Numbered from the stretch's first letter, positions 29,760 to 40,496 are shown. The stretch is DNA of 64,000 nt from an uncultured Sangeribacter sp. (GCA_964409015.1 CAYPBS010000001.1:73007-137006); one strand, 5' to 3'. Made by a program: numbers and translations. The notes: a model not told the origin generated them from the sequence alone.

Positions 29760-32700
29760 ATGACACTACACAGCCATCTTAAACTTCTGCTTACCCTGTG
29801 GGTAATCTCACTGGGGGCACTGTTTCAGGGGCATGCCGACGCAAAGCCGGCTTTCTCCCGCTCAATGAGAGCGACCCCGTTCACGACTCTCGCCCAACAC
29901 GGTGCCGACCGCCATATCAGTACTCCGACGGCCAGTACGTCCGGAATGATGCAAAAACTCTGTTTCCCAACCACCACTTCTTCGCTACCCCTGAAAGTAT
30001 TGGCCGAAGACACCAATATCTACGGCTGGCTCTACTTCACCAATTCCCCCGCCTACAATTCCTTGCTGGGACTGAATAAAGTGTCCCCGGCTTCAGGAGA
30101 GATAGCTAATATCTTCACAGCCATAACAGACAATAATACCGCTACATACAACAATTTCTGGATCAGGCAGAACCATGTATTCTCGATAGTCGATGTATAT
30201 AAGGCCGGCAATTTCGACGCGACATATCTCTACGAATGGGATATGGCAGGGACATTGCTGAACAGCACCCGGCTCGGATCGGCCTTCTCGGATGCATTCT
30301 ACTACAACATGGTGGCATACGACCCTGTTACGGACACGCTTTATGGTTTCTCCACAAACGATGATGTGACGGAGGTGTATTTCGTAAAAGCTCCGGGGTC
30401 GGATCCGGGCTGCATGACACGCATAAGCACTTGTACAGCCATGGAAGCGCCCAACTCCATGACTTTCAATACTTCGACAGGCCAGCTGATTGCAGTCCTC
30501 TTCACAGGCCAGATCGTGGAGATCAATACAGTCACCGGCGAGCAATATCCACTCGCCACCATTCCCTATCCCGGCTATAATACCGGATTCTGTTACAGCC
30601 CGCTCGACGGAGGATATCTCTACAATCGCGTCAGCACATCGGGCAGCTCCATCCAGCTTCTCGATCCGAATAGTTTCGCCGTGAAAGAGGAAGTGAGTCT
30701 TCCGTACATATATCAGTTCGTCACCTTCCAATGTACTGATTCAGAACGTGTAAACGAGGCAGCCCCGGAAGCTGTCAAGGATCTGAGAATCTTGTGCCCG
30801 AACGGGTCTCTATCGGGGAAAGCATGCTTTACACTCCCGACAAATACGCTGGGCAATGTGCCCATACTGGGCAACGTGGAATGGCAACTCGACGTAGACA
30901 ACACCCTCTACCGCAAGGGTACCGGAGCGGCCGGAAGCGATGTAGCAGTGTCACTGGAAGATCTCACGGAAGGTGTCCACGTGTTCCGGGTACGCACCGC
31001 GCTTGGAACCAACAAGGGACAATACGAGTCTATCTCCCAATATATCGGACATGACACCCCTTGTGCCCCATCGAGTGTCAGTCTCACGACGACTTCCATA
31101 ACTTGGGAAGCTGTGAAGGATGGTGTCAACGGAGGCTACGTGGATGCCGAAGCAGTCTCATATAATGTCTATCTGAACAACAAGAAAATAGCAGCTGGCA
31201 CACAGGAGACTTCGTGTCCTACCGGTCTCAAAACCGATACCGACCTGACAAACTACATAGCCAAAGTCGAGGCTGTCTACGACGGTAAGGTCTCCGAACC
31301 GGCTTTCTCGAACGATATCATCTTCGGAAATCCTCTCCAGCTACCGGTAAAACTTGCTCCGACAGAGAAGCAAGCAGGACTCTTCACGATCGCTGACAGC
31401 AACGCAGACGACAATAGTTTCTATTATACGACTGTCACTTACGGTGGCGCTCCCATAGGCACATTTACATACTGGACAAAGGACCGTACAGCAGCCGACG
31501 ACTGGCTGTTTCTGCCTGTGACCGCGTTCGATGATGCCGATGCTGTCTACCGGTTTTCCATGAACGCGTTCGGCGACGGATCTTCCGAGGCGGGCAATCT
31601 TGAGGTAAAAATTGGAACCGCACCTTCACCCGAAGCCATGACAACGGACATGATCGGCAATACGGATACCACTACGGAAGCACCCTCGGCGAGTCCCTCT
31701 GTCATGAGCAATGTAATCGCGGAATACTTCATGGTGCCACAGGCAGGCAACTATTATATCGGTATCCACGCAATTTCCTCGACCAAGGCATCTCGCTTCT
31801 ATGTGCGTAACTTCAATATCGAAAAGACAGTTTACGAATCCGGAGCACCGGCACCGGCGACTAATCTGAAAGCCGTTGCATCAGAGGGGGGTGTTCTGAG
31901 CGCTCTGGTTTCTTTCACCCTACCCGGCGAGACATATAAGGGCAACACGATGGATGCTTCCATCGAATTGAAGGCCACAGTAATCTGTGGAGACAACAGT
32001 GTTGAGATAACAGGACATCCCGGAGATGAGGTTTCCGGAAATATCCGGACATCGCAAGGAGACAATACCATATCCGTCGTCGTCAGAAACGGAGAGCTGG
32101 AAAGCGTACCCTCATCCACCGAAGTGTACACCGGACTTGATATCGCCGGCAAAGTACGGAATCTCAATGCAGTTGCAGATCAGGACAATATGGGTGCCGT
32201 CCTGACATGGGAGGGGCCTGACACCGGAGCAAACGGCGGATGGAACGATCCGACTGCGGGAAATACCTATTCTTTATATAAGTACACGGCAGCGGGATGG
32301 CAAGACGCGGGTGTCATAGGAACCGATGTCTACACCTGTCATGTAGAGATCACCCCCGGCTCCCCGCTCGACCTGTACAACTATGCCATCATGGTCTCTA
32401 ACGAAGCAGGCCAATCGCCTGATGCTGAGTCAACCGCTATAGTTCTCGGAACACCCTATCAGCTTCCGCAGAATGAATCCTTTGCCGACGATGTCGCAGA
32501 CCTTCGCCCCGTCGTCAATCTCTCCTCCGAGGCTAAGCTTGAAATTGGTCTCCCCTCCACTCTCACAGGCAATATCAATCTAAATTCTTCAGACAAGGCC
32601 CACGCTCTTGTGGCCTACAAGAAGAATCAAGCATGCAACTTCAGCTTTGCCCTGCCGGAATTCAGCACCATCAACCTTACGAACCCCTCTGTGATTCTCG

Positions 32701-34343
32701 ACATCTACGGAGGCGGATGTGAGAATTTTGCGGTATATGCGTCTTCTTACGGAAAGGAACCCGTGGAAGTAGCTTCTTACGTCATTGGCGACTTCTCAAA
32801 GAAAGGGCAAACATCCATAACGATAAATCTACCGGAAGAATTCCATAATCAGCCATGGGTAGAGATCACGATCGGGGGATATTGCAAGAAAGCGACCCGC
32901 AGTCAGGCCTTCGTACTGTTCGGATATTCCTACAAGAATCTCGTGGACCACGATATGGCGGTCGAAAGCATCCAAGCCTCTCCTGTAGTGCAGATAGGAA
33001 GCGATCTTTCGGCCACGGCTGTCGTATGCAACGAGGGCACACAGGCCTACCCGTTCCCCGGCGGCGAATGGAAAATCCAATCTTCCGACGGTTCACAGAT
33101 AGCCTCCTCACAGGTTTCTGCATCATCCACACCCTTAGAGCCGGGAGAAACCTGCACGATACCGATCGTGTTCGTCCCTAACGCCGATACACCCTCCAAT
33201 CTTACTATCTCCTTTACCCTTGCAGAGGAGGACGAGCTCAATGCCAATAATTCCAGAACCTTCCCGGTAGAGATTGTGGCGGGAATGGCTCCTGTCGTCA
33301 CAGATCTCCGGGCTTCCGAGATCTCATACGATATGGTGGAGCTGAACTGGACCGCACCGAGCCGTGGCACTGTTATCGAAAGCTTCGAAGAGTGTACACC
33401 GTTTGAGATCAGCCCGACTGCGATAGGCTCCTTCAAGAGCGTCGACAAAGACGGCAAACAGACTTATATCTTCCAAGGGGGCTCGGTGATTCCCGGAGCG
33501 ACACAGCCCGCCGGCTTCTCGGTATGGAGCAGCTCGCAACTGGATGAGATACTCGGGTCCAAAGGTGCTTTCCCGGCTCCCGACGGCGACCGTTTCATAG
33601 TAGCTTTCGGACCCGCCGACGATTCCGAGGCCGACGACTGGCTGATCTCTCCCGCCGTCGACGGCAATTCCGAAGTAAGCTTCCTGATGCGCCCGATCAC
33701 TTACAATTACGGCCCTGAAACAGTAGAGATCCTCTACTCTTCCTCATCTGAGGACATAGACTCGTTCCGGCCAATCTCAGAAATCCGGACAGAAGGAGAG
33801 AAAGGAGACGCCATAGAGTGGAAACAATATTCTGTAACTCTCCCCTCTGATGCACGCTATTTCGCTATTCATTATAAGAGTGCAGGTGTGTTCGGTATCA
33901 TGATAGACCGCATATCGTTCGCACCCCTTGGGAGCAGCCTCACCATCACAGGTTATGACATTCTACGCGATGGAGTAATAATCGAATCAGACGCCACTTG
34001 CAATGGCGAAACCTATACAGACGCAAGTGTGAGCGAAAACACTGATTACAAGTATAATATACTTCCGCGTCTCTCGGATGGCTCGACAGGATTAATTTCC
34101 AACACCCTTGTGCTTCACACATCTTCCGTCGAGGGTGTCCTTACCTCCGAAGGTTCTGTCACTGCGACACCCGGAGCTCTACTATTCCGGGGACTGGACA
34201 GCAAGGAATACAAGATATGGAATCCGGGCGGAATACTTATTGCCAACGGAACAATCTCCGGGAAAGACTTCCGGATATCCTTGTCCGAAGGGATTTACAT
34301 AGTAAAGGCAGGGGCACTCACCGCACGAATTTTGGTTCCCTGA
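29760..34343 (+). CDS. Large surface protein: propeller-like N-terminus, FN3, cleaved-adhesin/choice-of-anchor J and CARDB-like domains, T9SS-type CTD
   Basis: Signal peptide; 'MVAYDPVTDTLYG'; 'ADDWLFLP' and 'ADDWLISP'; C-terminal 'GIYIVKAG'. Confidence 0.8.
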   Translation: MTLHSHLKLLLTLWVISLGALFQGHADAKPAFSRSMRATPFTTLAQHGADRHISTPTASTSGMMQKLCFPTTTSSLPLKVLAEDTNIYGWLYFTNSPAYNSLLGLNKVSPASGEIANIFTAITDNNTATYNNFWIRQNHVFSIVDVYKAGNFDATYLYEWDMAGTLLNSTRLGSAFSDAFYYNMVAYDPVTDTLYGFSTNDDVTEVYFVKAPGSDPGCMTRISTCTAMEAPNSMTFNTSTGQLIAVLFTGQIVEINTVTGEQYPLATIPYPGYNTGFCYSPLDGGYLYNRVSTSGSSIQLLDPNSFAVKEEVSLPYIYQFVTFQCTDSERVNEAAPEAVKDLRILCPNGSLSGKACFTLPTNTLGNVPILGNVEWQLDVDNTLYRKGTGAAGSDVAVSLEDLTEGVHVFRVRTALGTNKGQYESISQYIGHDTPCAPSSVSLTTTSITWEAVKDGVNGGYVDAEAVSYNVYLNNKKIAAGTQETSCPTGLKTDTDLTNYIAKVEAVYDGKVSEPAFSNDIIFGNPLQLPVKLAPTEKQAGLFTIADSNADDNSFYYTTVTYGGAPIGTFTYWTKDRTAADDWLFLPVTAFDDADAVYRFSMNAFGDGSSEAGNLEVKIGTAPSPEAMTTDMIGNTDTTTEAPSASPSVMSNVIAEYFMVPQAGNYYIGIHAISSTKASRFYVRNFNIEKTVYESGAPAPATNLKAVASEGGVLSALVSFTLPGETYKGNTMDASIELKATVICGDNSVEITGHPGDEVSGNIRTSQGDNTISVVVRNGELESVPSSTEVYTGLDIAGKVRNLNAVADQDNMGAVLTWEGPDTGANGGWNDPTAGNTYSLYKYTAAGWQDAGVIGTDVYTCHVEITPGSPLDLYNYAIMVSNEAGQSPDAESTAIVLGTPYQLPQNESFADDVADLRPVVNLSSEAKLEIGLPSTLTGNINLNSSDKAHALVAYKKNQACNFSFALPEFSTINLTNPSVILDIYGGGCENFAVYASSYGKEPVEVASYVIGDFSKKGQTSITINLPEEFHNQPWVEITIGGYCKKATRSQAFVLFGYSYKNLVDHDMAVESIQASPVVQIGSDLSATAVVCNEGTQAYPFPGGEWKIQSSDGSQIASSQVSASSTPLEPGETCTIPIVFVPNADTPSNLTISFTLAEEDELNANNSRTFPVEIVAGMAPVVTDLRASEISYDMVELNWTAPSRGTVIESFEECTPFEISPTAIGSFKSVDKDGKQTYIFQGGSVIPGATQPAGFSVWSSSQLDEILGSKGAFPAPDGDRFIVAFGPADDSEADDWLISPAVDGNSEVSFLMRPITYNYGPETVEILYSSSSEDIDSFRPISEIRTEGEKGDAIEWKQYSVTLPSDARYFAIHYKSAGVFGIMIDRISFAPLGSSLTITGYDILRDGVIIESDATCNGETYTDASVSENTDYKYNILPRLSDGSTGLISNTLVLHTSSVEGVLTSEGSVTATPGALLFRGLDSKEYKIWNPGGILIANGTISGKDFRISLSEGIYIVKAGALTARILVP

Positions 34344-34365
34344 ACATAATCCTTACAGCTAAATT

Positions 34366-34403
34366 GCGGCGCCGGTACAGATTTGCTTTTGTACCGGCGC
34401 CGC
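34366..34403. terminator. Hairpin between convergent genes
   Basis: gcggcgccggtaca...tgtaccggcgccgc perfect inverted repeat. Confidence 0.7.
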
Positions 34404-34459
34404 TGGTTTCTTCAGTAAGATATTGTTCGGATATTTTCTTTCTCCGGGTCTTAATCCTA

Positions 34460-36115
34460 CTATGTTGCGCTGATAATCTTACAGCTATAAGGTCCCCGGT
34501 CTGTATCAAAGACTAACGACACGTTGCGGAATTCCTTCATCTTCTTGAATTTAGCTTTCAGGACAAACACGTCGTTATTCCCTTCCATCGATACGGATTT
34601 TGCATCGTAGGATTTCCCGTCGTTGATAAGACGGCATCTACTCACCTCTAAGGATGTCGTCCCTGTTATCTCCACTTCTACATTTACGCCCCCGTCGTAA
34701 TTATTGAAATTCAACAGCCTTACATTCAGATTTCCCTCTTTCGTTCCCTTGGAGACTGAGTCTTTACCTGCTTTAGTATCGATATAGATACGCATGTCGC
34801 CATGAGATTTGTCCACGCACATCGATGCAATATCCGAGGGATTCATATTCTTTATACATTCCGTTCCGGCACCTACGTATACACTGTCAACATACACAGA
34901 GGGCAATTCGTTCCTACTCTCAACGTCTTCCGGCTGTCCAAGCATATCCGTCGCTTCCTCGACAATCTCCGGGGCAGGCTCATCCCCGGTTGATTCCCCT
35001 TTTTCGTCTGACACGGCAGTGGGACTTTCAGCTTTGAATCCCTCGGTATCCACATCGTTGTTTTCATAAAATACATCTCTGAAATCGTTGACTACTTTAT
35101 CATTCGCGAGGAAATTGCTATCTTTACCCCGAGAAAAGGAGAAATCTCCGATTCGAGTCAGTACTGCCGCCACAGAAGGCGTTTGCGTTAATGACAGCGC
35201 CAAAGCCACGGCCGGCAGAAGCGCGACGGCACACAGCCGTCTCCTTAATCTTGAATTGCTTTTTTGCATCATAGTGATACGAAGTTTTAGTTTGCTATGA
35301 TTCAGGTTGTCGGCGTAGGGCTGCAATCTTGCGCCGCCAACCCTCTTTATCAACATCATCTGATATGTTCGGGCATCCCCAATCTCTTCAACCATCGAAG
35401 CATCCACCTCATACTCATGGGTATCCTTAATTGCCTTAAGGAGCATCCACGCAAAAGGATTGTACCAGCAGATCCACACACAAAGGTGGCCTACCACGAG
35501 ATCAATCCAGTGGTTATGTCGTACATGAGTAAGCTCATGAAGCATAACCATGGAGCCTTCTTCAGATTCATATACATCTCGGCTCATCACGACATAACGT
35601 CCGAAACTGAACGGGGATCCCCTCCACCCTCTCTTTGTAATCACGAGAATGGCTTCGCCTACGTTAATGCGTTCGCTTCTCCTGATGAGGTTGGCCAGAC
35701 GGAGCATCCCAATCCCCCATATCAAGCCACAGAGTAGCAAGCCGCCAAAGTATAAGCTCAATAAACACTTGATCCATACGCCGTTAATCATTTCCAGACC
35801 TATTCCCACCGGGTCATTGGTATCGGTGTCGGCTATTTTGACAGCAGAGGTGAGCGTGGGTACGATATCGACGTCACTTCTGAAACTTTTTATTTCCGTC
35901 GGCTTAGCGATTATACCATGCTCTTCCGGAATCTCACGCGACATATAAGCATCCGCGCAAGGTACTACCAGAAAAGAAAATCCGCAAATGCCCAGAAGCA
36001 ACATTCTGTTCAACCGGGGCTGCTTCGCCCTCGCCATAAAAACCCGATATACGAGAAATAAGATAGCGAGGGTGAGGCCGGCCAATATCGAGTAAGATAA
36101 AATCTGTCCTTCCAT
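34460..36115 (-). CDS. BlaR1/MecR1-like M56 membrane metallopeptidase
   Basis: N-terminal TMs, HELTH, 'WYNPFAW...HEYEVD', 'LKLRITMM'. Confidence 0.9.
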   Translation of the reverse strand: MEGQILSYSILAGLTLAILFLVYRVFMARAKQPRLNRMLLLGICGFSFLVVPCADAYMSREIPEEHGIIAKPTEIKSFRSDVDIVPTLTSAVKIADTDTNDPVGIGLEMINGVWIKCLLSLYFGGLLLCGLIWGIGMLRLANLIRRSERINVGEAILVITKRGWRGSPFSFGRYVVMSRDVYESEEGSMVMLHELTHVRHNHWIDLVVGHLCVWICWYNPFAWMLLKAIKDTHEYEVDASMVEEIGDARTYQMMLIKRVGGARLQPYADNLNHSKLKLRITMMQKSNSRLRRRLCAVALLPAVALALSLTQTPSVAAVLTRIGDFSFSRGKDSNFLANDKVVNDFRDVFYENNDVDTEGFKAESPTAVSDEKGESTGDEPAPEIVEEATDMLGQPEDVESRNELPSVYVDSVYVGAGTECIKNMNPSDIASMCVDKSHGDMRIYIDTKAGKDSVSKGTKEGNLNVRLLNFNNYDGGVNVEVEITGTTSLEVSRCRLINDGKSYDAKSVSMEGNNDVFVLKAKFKKMKEFRNVSLVFDTDRGPYSCKIISAT

Positions 36116-36511
36116 CTATGACTGATCTTTCCCTTTACGTTGCTTTTCCACCAACTCTATAAGTTCCTTAAGCTCATCGAGAGAGATCTTCTCATCCTCC
36201 ACAAGACTGCTCACCATCGAGGAATAGGAATTATTGAAAAAATTGCCGATGATTTCACGCAATTTCCGACGACGCACCCCGCTGAGCGACGCTATCGCCT
36301 TAAACCGATGAGAGCCGCTTACGACCTCATGCTCCACATAGCCCTTGTCCTCAAGAATGCGCACTGTCGTAGCAACAGTGTTGAAATGCGGACGAGGTTC
36401 AGGATAACACTCCACAATCTCGCGCACAAACATCGGTCCGTGGCTCCACAACATCTTCATTATCTCAGTCTCCTTCGGTGTAAGATCCTGCGTCTTTCTT
36501 CCTGCTTTCAT
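36116..36511 (-). CDS. BlaI/MecI/CopY family repressor
   Basis: 'LTPKETEIMKMLW...HFNTVATTVRILEDKGYV...FFNNSYSSMVSSLV'. Confidence 0.92.
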   Translation of the reverse strand: MKAGRKTQDLTPKETEIMKMLWSHGPMFVREIVECYPEPRPHFNTVATTVRILEDKGYVEHEVVSGSHRFKAIASLSGVRRRKLREIIGNFFNNSYSSMVSSLVEDEKISLDELKELIELVEKQRKGKDQS

Positions 36512-36520
36512 CTTTGCTAA

Positions 36521-36566
36521 AACTAATTCTTTAGTTGACGAGCAAAAGTATAACTAAAAAATTAGT
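36521..36566 (-). promoter_or_regulatory. Two BlaI-type operator palindromes flanking the -7 promoter element
   Basis: ACTAA-N4-TTAGT at 36522-36535 and 36553-36566 around TACTTTTG (36543-36550). Confidence 0.65.
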
Positions 36567-36768
36567 CATACAATAAATTTAACATAATTTAATGATTTAC
36601 ATCAACGGCTTTTTCTATCCGTCCGGGCACAAAGTTGCCGTGCAGGCGCAGACTTCAAAGATTTTTAACAGAGTAAGCTTTGTCATTACCGCCATTTATC
36701 TCTAACTTTGTCACTCCGTTAGGGAAAATATATCTCATCCTCACATAACCGTTATCCTTATTATCAAA

Positions 36769-38433
36769 ATGAAATACTCGTCTCTGATTCCGACATTGAT
36801 ACTGAGTGTCTTTTGCACAGCTCAGGCTGCGCCCCCCGCTGATTACTACAAGTCCTGCGAGGGCAAGAAGCAACGGGCACTCAAATCGCAACTCAGCAGT
36901 ATCATCAAGAGCCATACTGCCATACCTTACGGCACCGGTAGCGGCGCAACGTGGACAGCTTTCCGATACACCGATATTGACGAGTCGGACAATACTTGGT
37001 ACGACATCTATACCACGAACCGTGTGAAAGTGACCGGTAACTCCGGGGCTGCTTCGGGCATGAATATCGAACATACCTTTCCTAAATCATGGTGGGGCGG
37101 TGCGAAGAACGACGCTTACAAGGATATTTGCCATCTGATGCCCTCCAATAGCAACGCTAACTCCGCACGAGGTAATGACCCCTACGGCGAAGTCGGTTCC
37201 GAATCGGGAAGTGTCGTAGAAAACGGCACATATAAGCGTGGCACTCCCAAATCGGGACAGGGAGGCGGATCCTCGCGCGTATTCGAACCGGCGGACGAAT
37301 ACAAGGGAGACCTTGCCCGTAACTATTTCTACATGGTGACCTGCTATCAGAATCTGTCGTGGGCAGCTCAAGGACTCTATACAGCCGACCAAGGGGATTA
37401 CCCTACTCTTCAGCCTTGGGCAATCGATCTGCTCCTGAAGTGGCATCGGCAGGATCCTGTAAGCGAAAAAGAACGTAAACGCAACGACGGCGTCTATTCG
37501 CAACAGCATAACCGCAACCCCTTCATCGACTACCCGGAACTCGCCGAACACATCTGGGGCAATCTTCAGGATGTGGCTTGGTATCCCGGAGAGACTCCGG
37601 ATCCTACGGATCCTCCCGTGATTCCGGACTATCCGGTCCTTACTTCTCCTCTCAACAATGATTATTATACTTGTGGCAATGTCGCTCAGGGGTCCTCATC
37701 TGAGATCACCGTTCCGGTGCTCGGGAGCGGATTCACACACTCAGTGACGGCCACTCTGGGCGCTCAGGATGCAGGGTGCTTTGACATAGTTGTAGGCTCC
37801 CGCACATTTAAAGCCCTGACTATCACGCAGGGAGACATCAATACCGAAAATGGCTATTACCTTAAGGTGCGTTATACCCCCGACTCTTTTACCCCTTCTA
37901 ACTCCTGTCATACCGCTACTCTCACCCTCTCAGGCAAAGACCTCGACAATCCCGTAGTGGTTTACATTCAGGGGACATGCAACGAAGACGTGGAGCTGGC
38001 AGCGCCTGTAGCTCTTGAAGCGGAGAATGTCGCCGGCAATACCTATACGGCTCGCTGGATTAAATCTCCAAGCAAGGAGCTGGACGGCTACACTCTCTAC
38101 AGAGACATATATCTGCCCGACGGTCAGTCCGTGGAATACACCATCGAATATGATGTCGAACCGGAAGAGGACAGCTTCGACATCTCGGATCGCAACCCTG
38201 AGATAAAAGAGGCTTACCGGCTTGTGGCTACCAAAGATTCTTCTGTCAGCCCTATGAGCAACGTCATTTTTGTTGAGCCCACCAGCTCTGTCGACACTAT
38301 TCTCTCCTCTCCTTCCTCATCATCGGAGCATCTATTCACTATTGACGGTCTTCCCGTAGAGGGACAGCCTCATACCCCGGGGTTATACATTCTCCGTCGT
38401 GGTGACAAAACAGTTAAGATCGTTAGGTTCTGA
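36769..38433 (+). CDS. Secreted endonuclease I family DNase with Ig/FN3-like domains and T9SS-type CTD
   Basis: Signal peptide; MNIEHTFPKSWW, FEPADEYKGDLAR, QHNRNPFIDYPEL; CTD 'GLYILRRGDKTVKIV'. Confidence 0.88.
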   Translation: MKYSSLIPTLILSVFCTAQAAPPADYYKSCEGKKQRALKSQLSSIIKSHTAIPYGTGSGATWTAFRYTDIDESDNTWYDIYTTNRVKVTGNSGAASGMNIEHTFPKSWWGGAKNDAYKDICHLMPSNSNANSARGNDPYGEVGSESGSVVENGTYKRGTPKSGQGGGSSRVFEPADEYKGDLARNYFYMVTCYQNLSWAAQGLYTADQGDYPTLQPWAIDLLLKWHRQDPVSEKERKRNDGVYSQQHNRNPFIDYPELAEHIWGNLQDVAWYPGETPDPTDPPVIPDYPVLTSPLNNDYYTCGNVAQGSSSEITVPVLGSGFTHSVTATLGAQDAGCFDIVVGSRTFKALTITQGDINTENGYYLKVRYTPDSFTPSNSCHTATLTLSGKDLDNPVVVYIQGTCNEDVELAAPVALEAENVAGNTYTARWIKSPSKELDGYTLYRDIYLPDGQSVEYTIEYDVEPEEDSFDISDRNPEIKEAYRLVATKDSSVSPMSNVIFVEPTSSVDTILSSPSSSSEHLFTIDGLPVEGQPHTPGLYILRRGDKTVKIVRF

Positions 38434-38464
38434 GTACCTCGGACTGCGTTTTTCAAGAAAATAA

Positions 38465-38508
38465 TTTGACAGCGAACTGAAACAGATTTGTTCCGGTTCG
38501 CTGTCAAA
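38465..38508. terminator. Bidirectional hairpin terminator
   Basis: tttgacagcgaac...gttcgctgtcaaa. Confidence 0.7.
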
Positions 38509-38529
38509 CTTATGGAGTTGGAATTGGAG

Positions 38530-39108
38530 TTAGTGGATATTGAGAGTGGTGAAAGAACTGTTGATGGCCTGAATTCCACCCCATGATGATACAATGTGGA
38601 GATCGGCATTCACGAAGTCCTTGAGTAGCATTGACATATCTGAACTTTGAAGCTGTTTAAGGGAACCGCGCGGCACTGTGATGGTTGCGACATTGACGTT
38701 GTCCTCAGCGATAACCACACGTCCGGCCACTCCTCCGGCACGGCTTCTGAGGGCTTCAAGAGCGGCATCCATCGTGACACTCACGTTCAATTCTCCTTCC
38801 AGCGTATTAAACTCTACATTTCCGTACCAGCTTGAGTCTACAGTTATCCGGGGACGATCGACATTATTCGATTCTACAACGGTAAGCGACAGGGTGGAGT
38901 GGTCGCCTTGGGTCTCCATAAAGCTGTAGTCCGATTGATTGACATTTATGGATGCGAAATGAGCCGGAAGAATCTCCTTGTTTTTTCCGGTACGCGATAG
39001 CGTGACACACTCTGCTTTCCGGGATGAGAAAAATATCACCGGAAGGAAAAAGGACAGGACAGCTGCCGCCACCAATGACCCTATTAGGATATATGTTGTT
39101 TTTTTCAT
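38530..39108 (-). CDS. Hypothetical membrane-anchored protein, last gene of the GntR-ABC operon
   Basis: N-terminal hydrophobic anchor; co-oriented with operon. Confidence 0.65.
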   Translation of the reverse strand: MKKTTYILIGSLVAAAVLSFFLPVIFFSSRKAECVTLSRTGKNKEILPAHFASINVNQSDYSFMETQGDHSTLSLTVVESNNVDRPRITVDSSWYGNVEFNTLEGELNVSVTMDAALEALRSRAGGVAGRVVIAEDNVNVATITVPRGSLKQLQSSDMSMLLKDFVNADLHIVSSWGGIQAINSSFTTLNIH

Positions 39109-39132
39109 TATTATTTCTGATTTGATAATTGA

Positions 39133-39507
39133 TTATTGATTGCTGTTTGCCTGAAGATAACTTACGAATTTTTCACGCAATTCATCAGGAGAAACCTTCA
39201 GGAGACTGAGCTGCCGGAAGATAGCCTCCAACTCGTTGTCCATGAGCTGCTTGTGGCGGATATGTTCTACGATCGTGCGGGCATCCGGCGATAGGAAATA
39301 CCCGACTCCGCGTTTGTTATAGACAATCTCGCTTGTAGACAGATAGTCGTACGTACGCATCATCGTGTTAGGGTTCACCTGTACCTCTGCTGCGTATTCC
39401 CTTATAGAGGGCAACCGATCCTCAGGCTTAAGCTTACCGCTCAGAACATCATCCATTATCTTGTCGGCCAATATCAGATAAATCGCTTTGTTAGTTCCTT
39501 TTATCAT
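39133..39507 (-). CDS. GntR family regulator (YtrA subfamily)
   Basis: 'IYLILAD...RLPSIRE...VNPNT...KRGVGYF'; short C-terminus. Confidence 0.9.
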   Translation of the reverse strand: MIKGTNKAIYLILADKIMDDVLSGKLKPEDRLPSIREYAAEVQVNPNTMMRTYDYLSTSEIVYNKRGVGYFLSPDARTIVEHIRHKQLMDNELEAIFRQLSLLKVSPDELREKFVSYLQANSNQ

Positions 39508-39549
39508 AATGATTTCCGGGAGATTATTTTGAGGCAGAAATCTTCATTC

Positions 39550-40452
39550 TCACCATCTGTTCACGATTTCCGTCTCCTTATATCGGGCATATCCGAGCCA
39601 GTAGATATAGCTGCAGATTATAACGATGGTCGCACACGTGAAAATCACCGTTGAAAGATCCTTTTCCGAGAAGCGGCTTGTGATCTCGTAGGTACTGCCA
39701 CTGAAGAAGAAATTGTATCCCAAAGAAGTAAGAATAGACTGTATTACCATACATATAAAAAGTATTACCATCGTCTTGAGGAAACTCAGCTTGTTAAGAT
39801 AGATACTTCCTAACGAGAAAAGAGCATTTACTACGAGTATGATACCGTAAATCATTATTGACGTCAACTCCACCCGATAAGATGATGTCACCGATGCGAA
39901 CGAGTCCGTTATGGCTGGATCCGTAAAGGTCACAAGGTTCTTAAGCGGCATCAGATGGGCGTACTGCCCGTAATCGGAACTCACCATGATCCATAGCACC
40001 CGCAGCGCGTCGGCAAGAAAGAAGCACACCAGTATCACGGCAATAAAGACCGGAACATATATCAGCCACCACGTGAGAAATTTCTCAAACTGAGAAGCAG
40101 GAATCTCGAATGTCGTTAGCCGGGTCTTTTTCGACGACACGGTGCTGTACATCCATGATCCGGCGAAAGCAGCGAAAATCACTCCGAAACATAGCATTAT
40201 CTGGTTGCACACGCTCCACATCGGATCCGGTCCCGATGCTAACTTCTGACTCGCCATGAATTCGTATTGACTTTTGCTGCCAGTGTAGTAACAGAAGATC
40301 ATGAAAATGAATGTCACTATAAAAATCTGTCCTACAGCCAGAAGCAACTTGCGCCGTGAACCCGACAGATACAATCGGAAATATGCGGCGAAACGCGCCG
40401 TAGAGAAAAAACCGGAAGCTCCGGATGGAGCGTTTGTTATTGTATTATTCAT
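39550..40452 (-). CDS. ABC transporter permease
   Basis: Six TMs; 'IPASQFEKF' motif; adjacent to ABC ATPase. Confidence 0.75.
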   Translation of the reverse strand: MNNTITNAPSGASGFFSTARFAAYFRLYLSGSRRKLLLAVGQIFIVTFIFMIFCYYTGSKSQYEFMASQKLASGPDPMWSVCNQIMLCFGVIFAAFAGSWMYSTVSSKKTRLTTFEIPASQFEKFLTWWLIYVPVFIAVILVCFFLADALRVLWIMVSSDYGQYAHLMPLKNLVTFTDPAITDSFASVTSSYRVELTSIMIYGIILVVNALFSLGSIYLNKLSFLKTMVILFICMVIQSILTSLGYNFFFSGSTYEITSRFSEKDLSTVIFTCATIVIICSYIYWLGYARYKETEIVNRW

Positions 40453-40496
40453 ATAGGTATCAATTGATTGGATAATTCAAAATATTGATGAGACAG

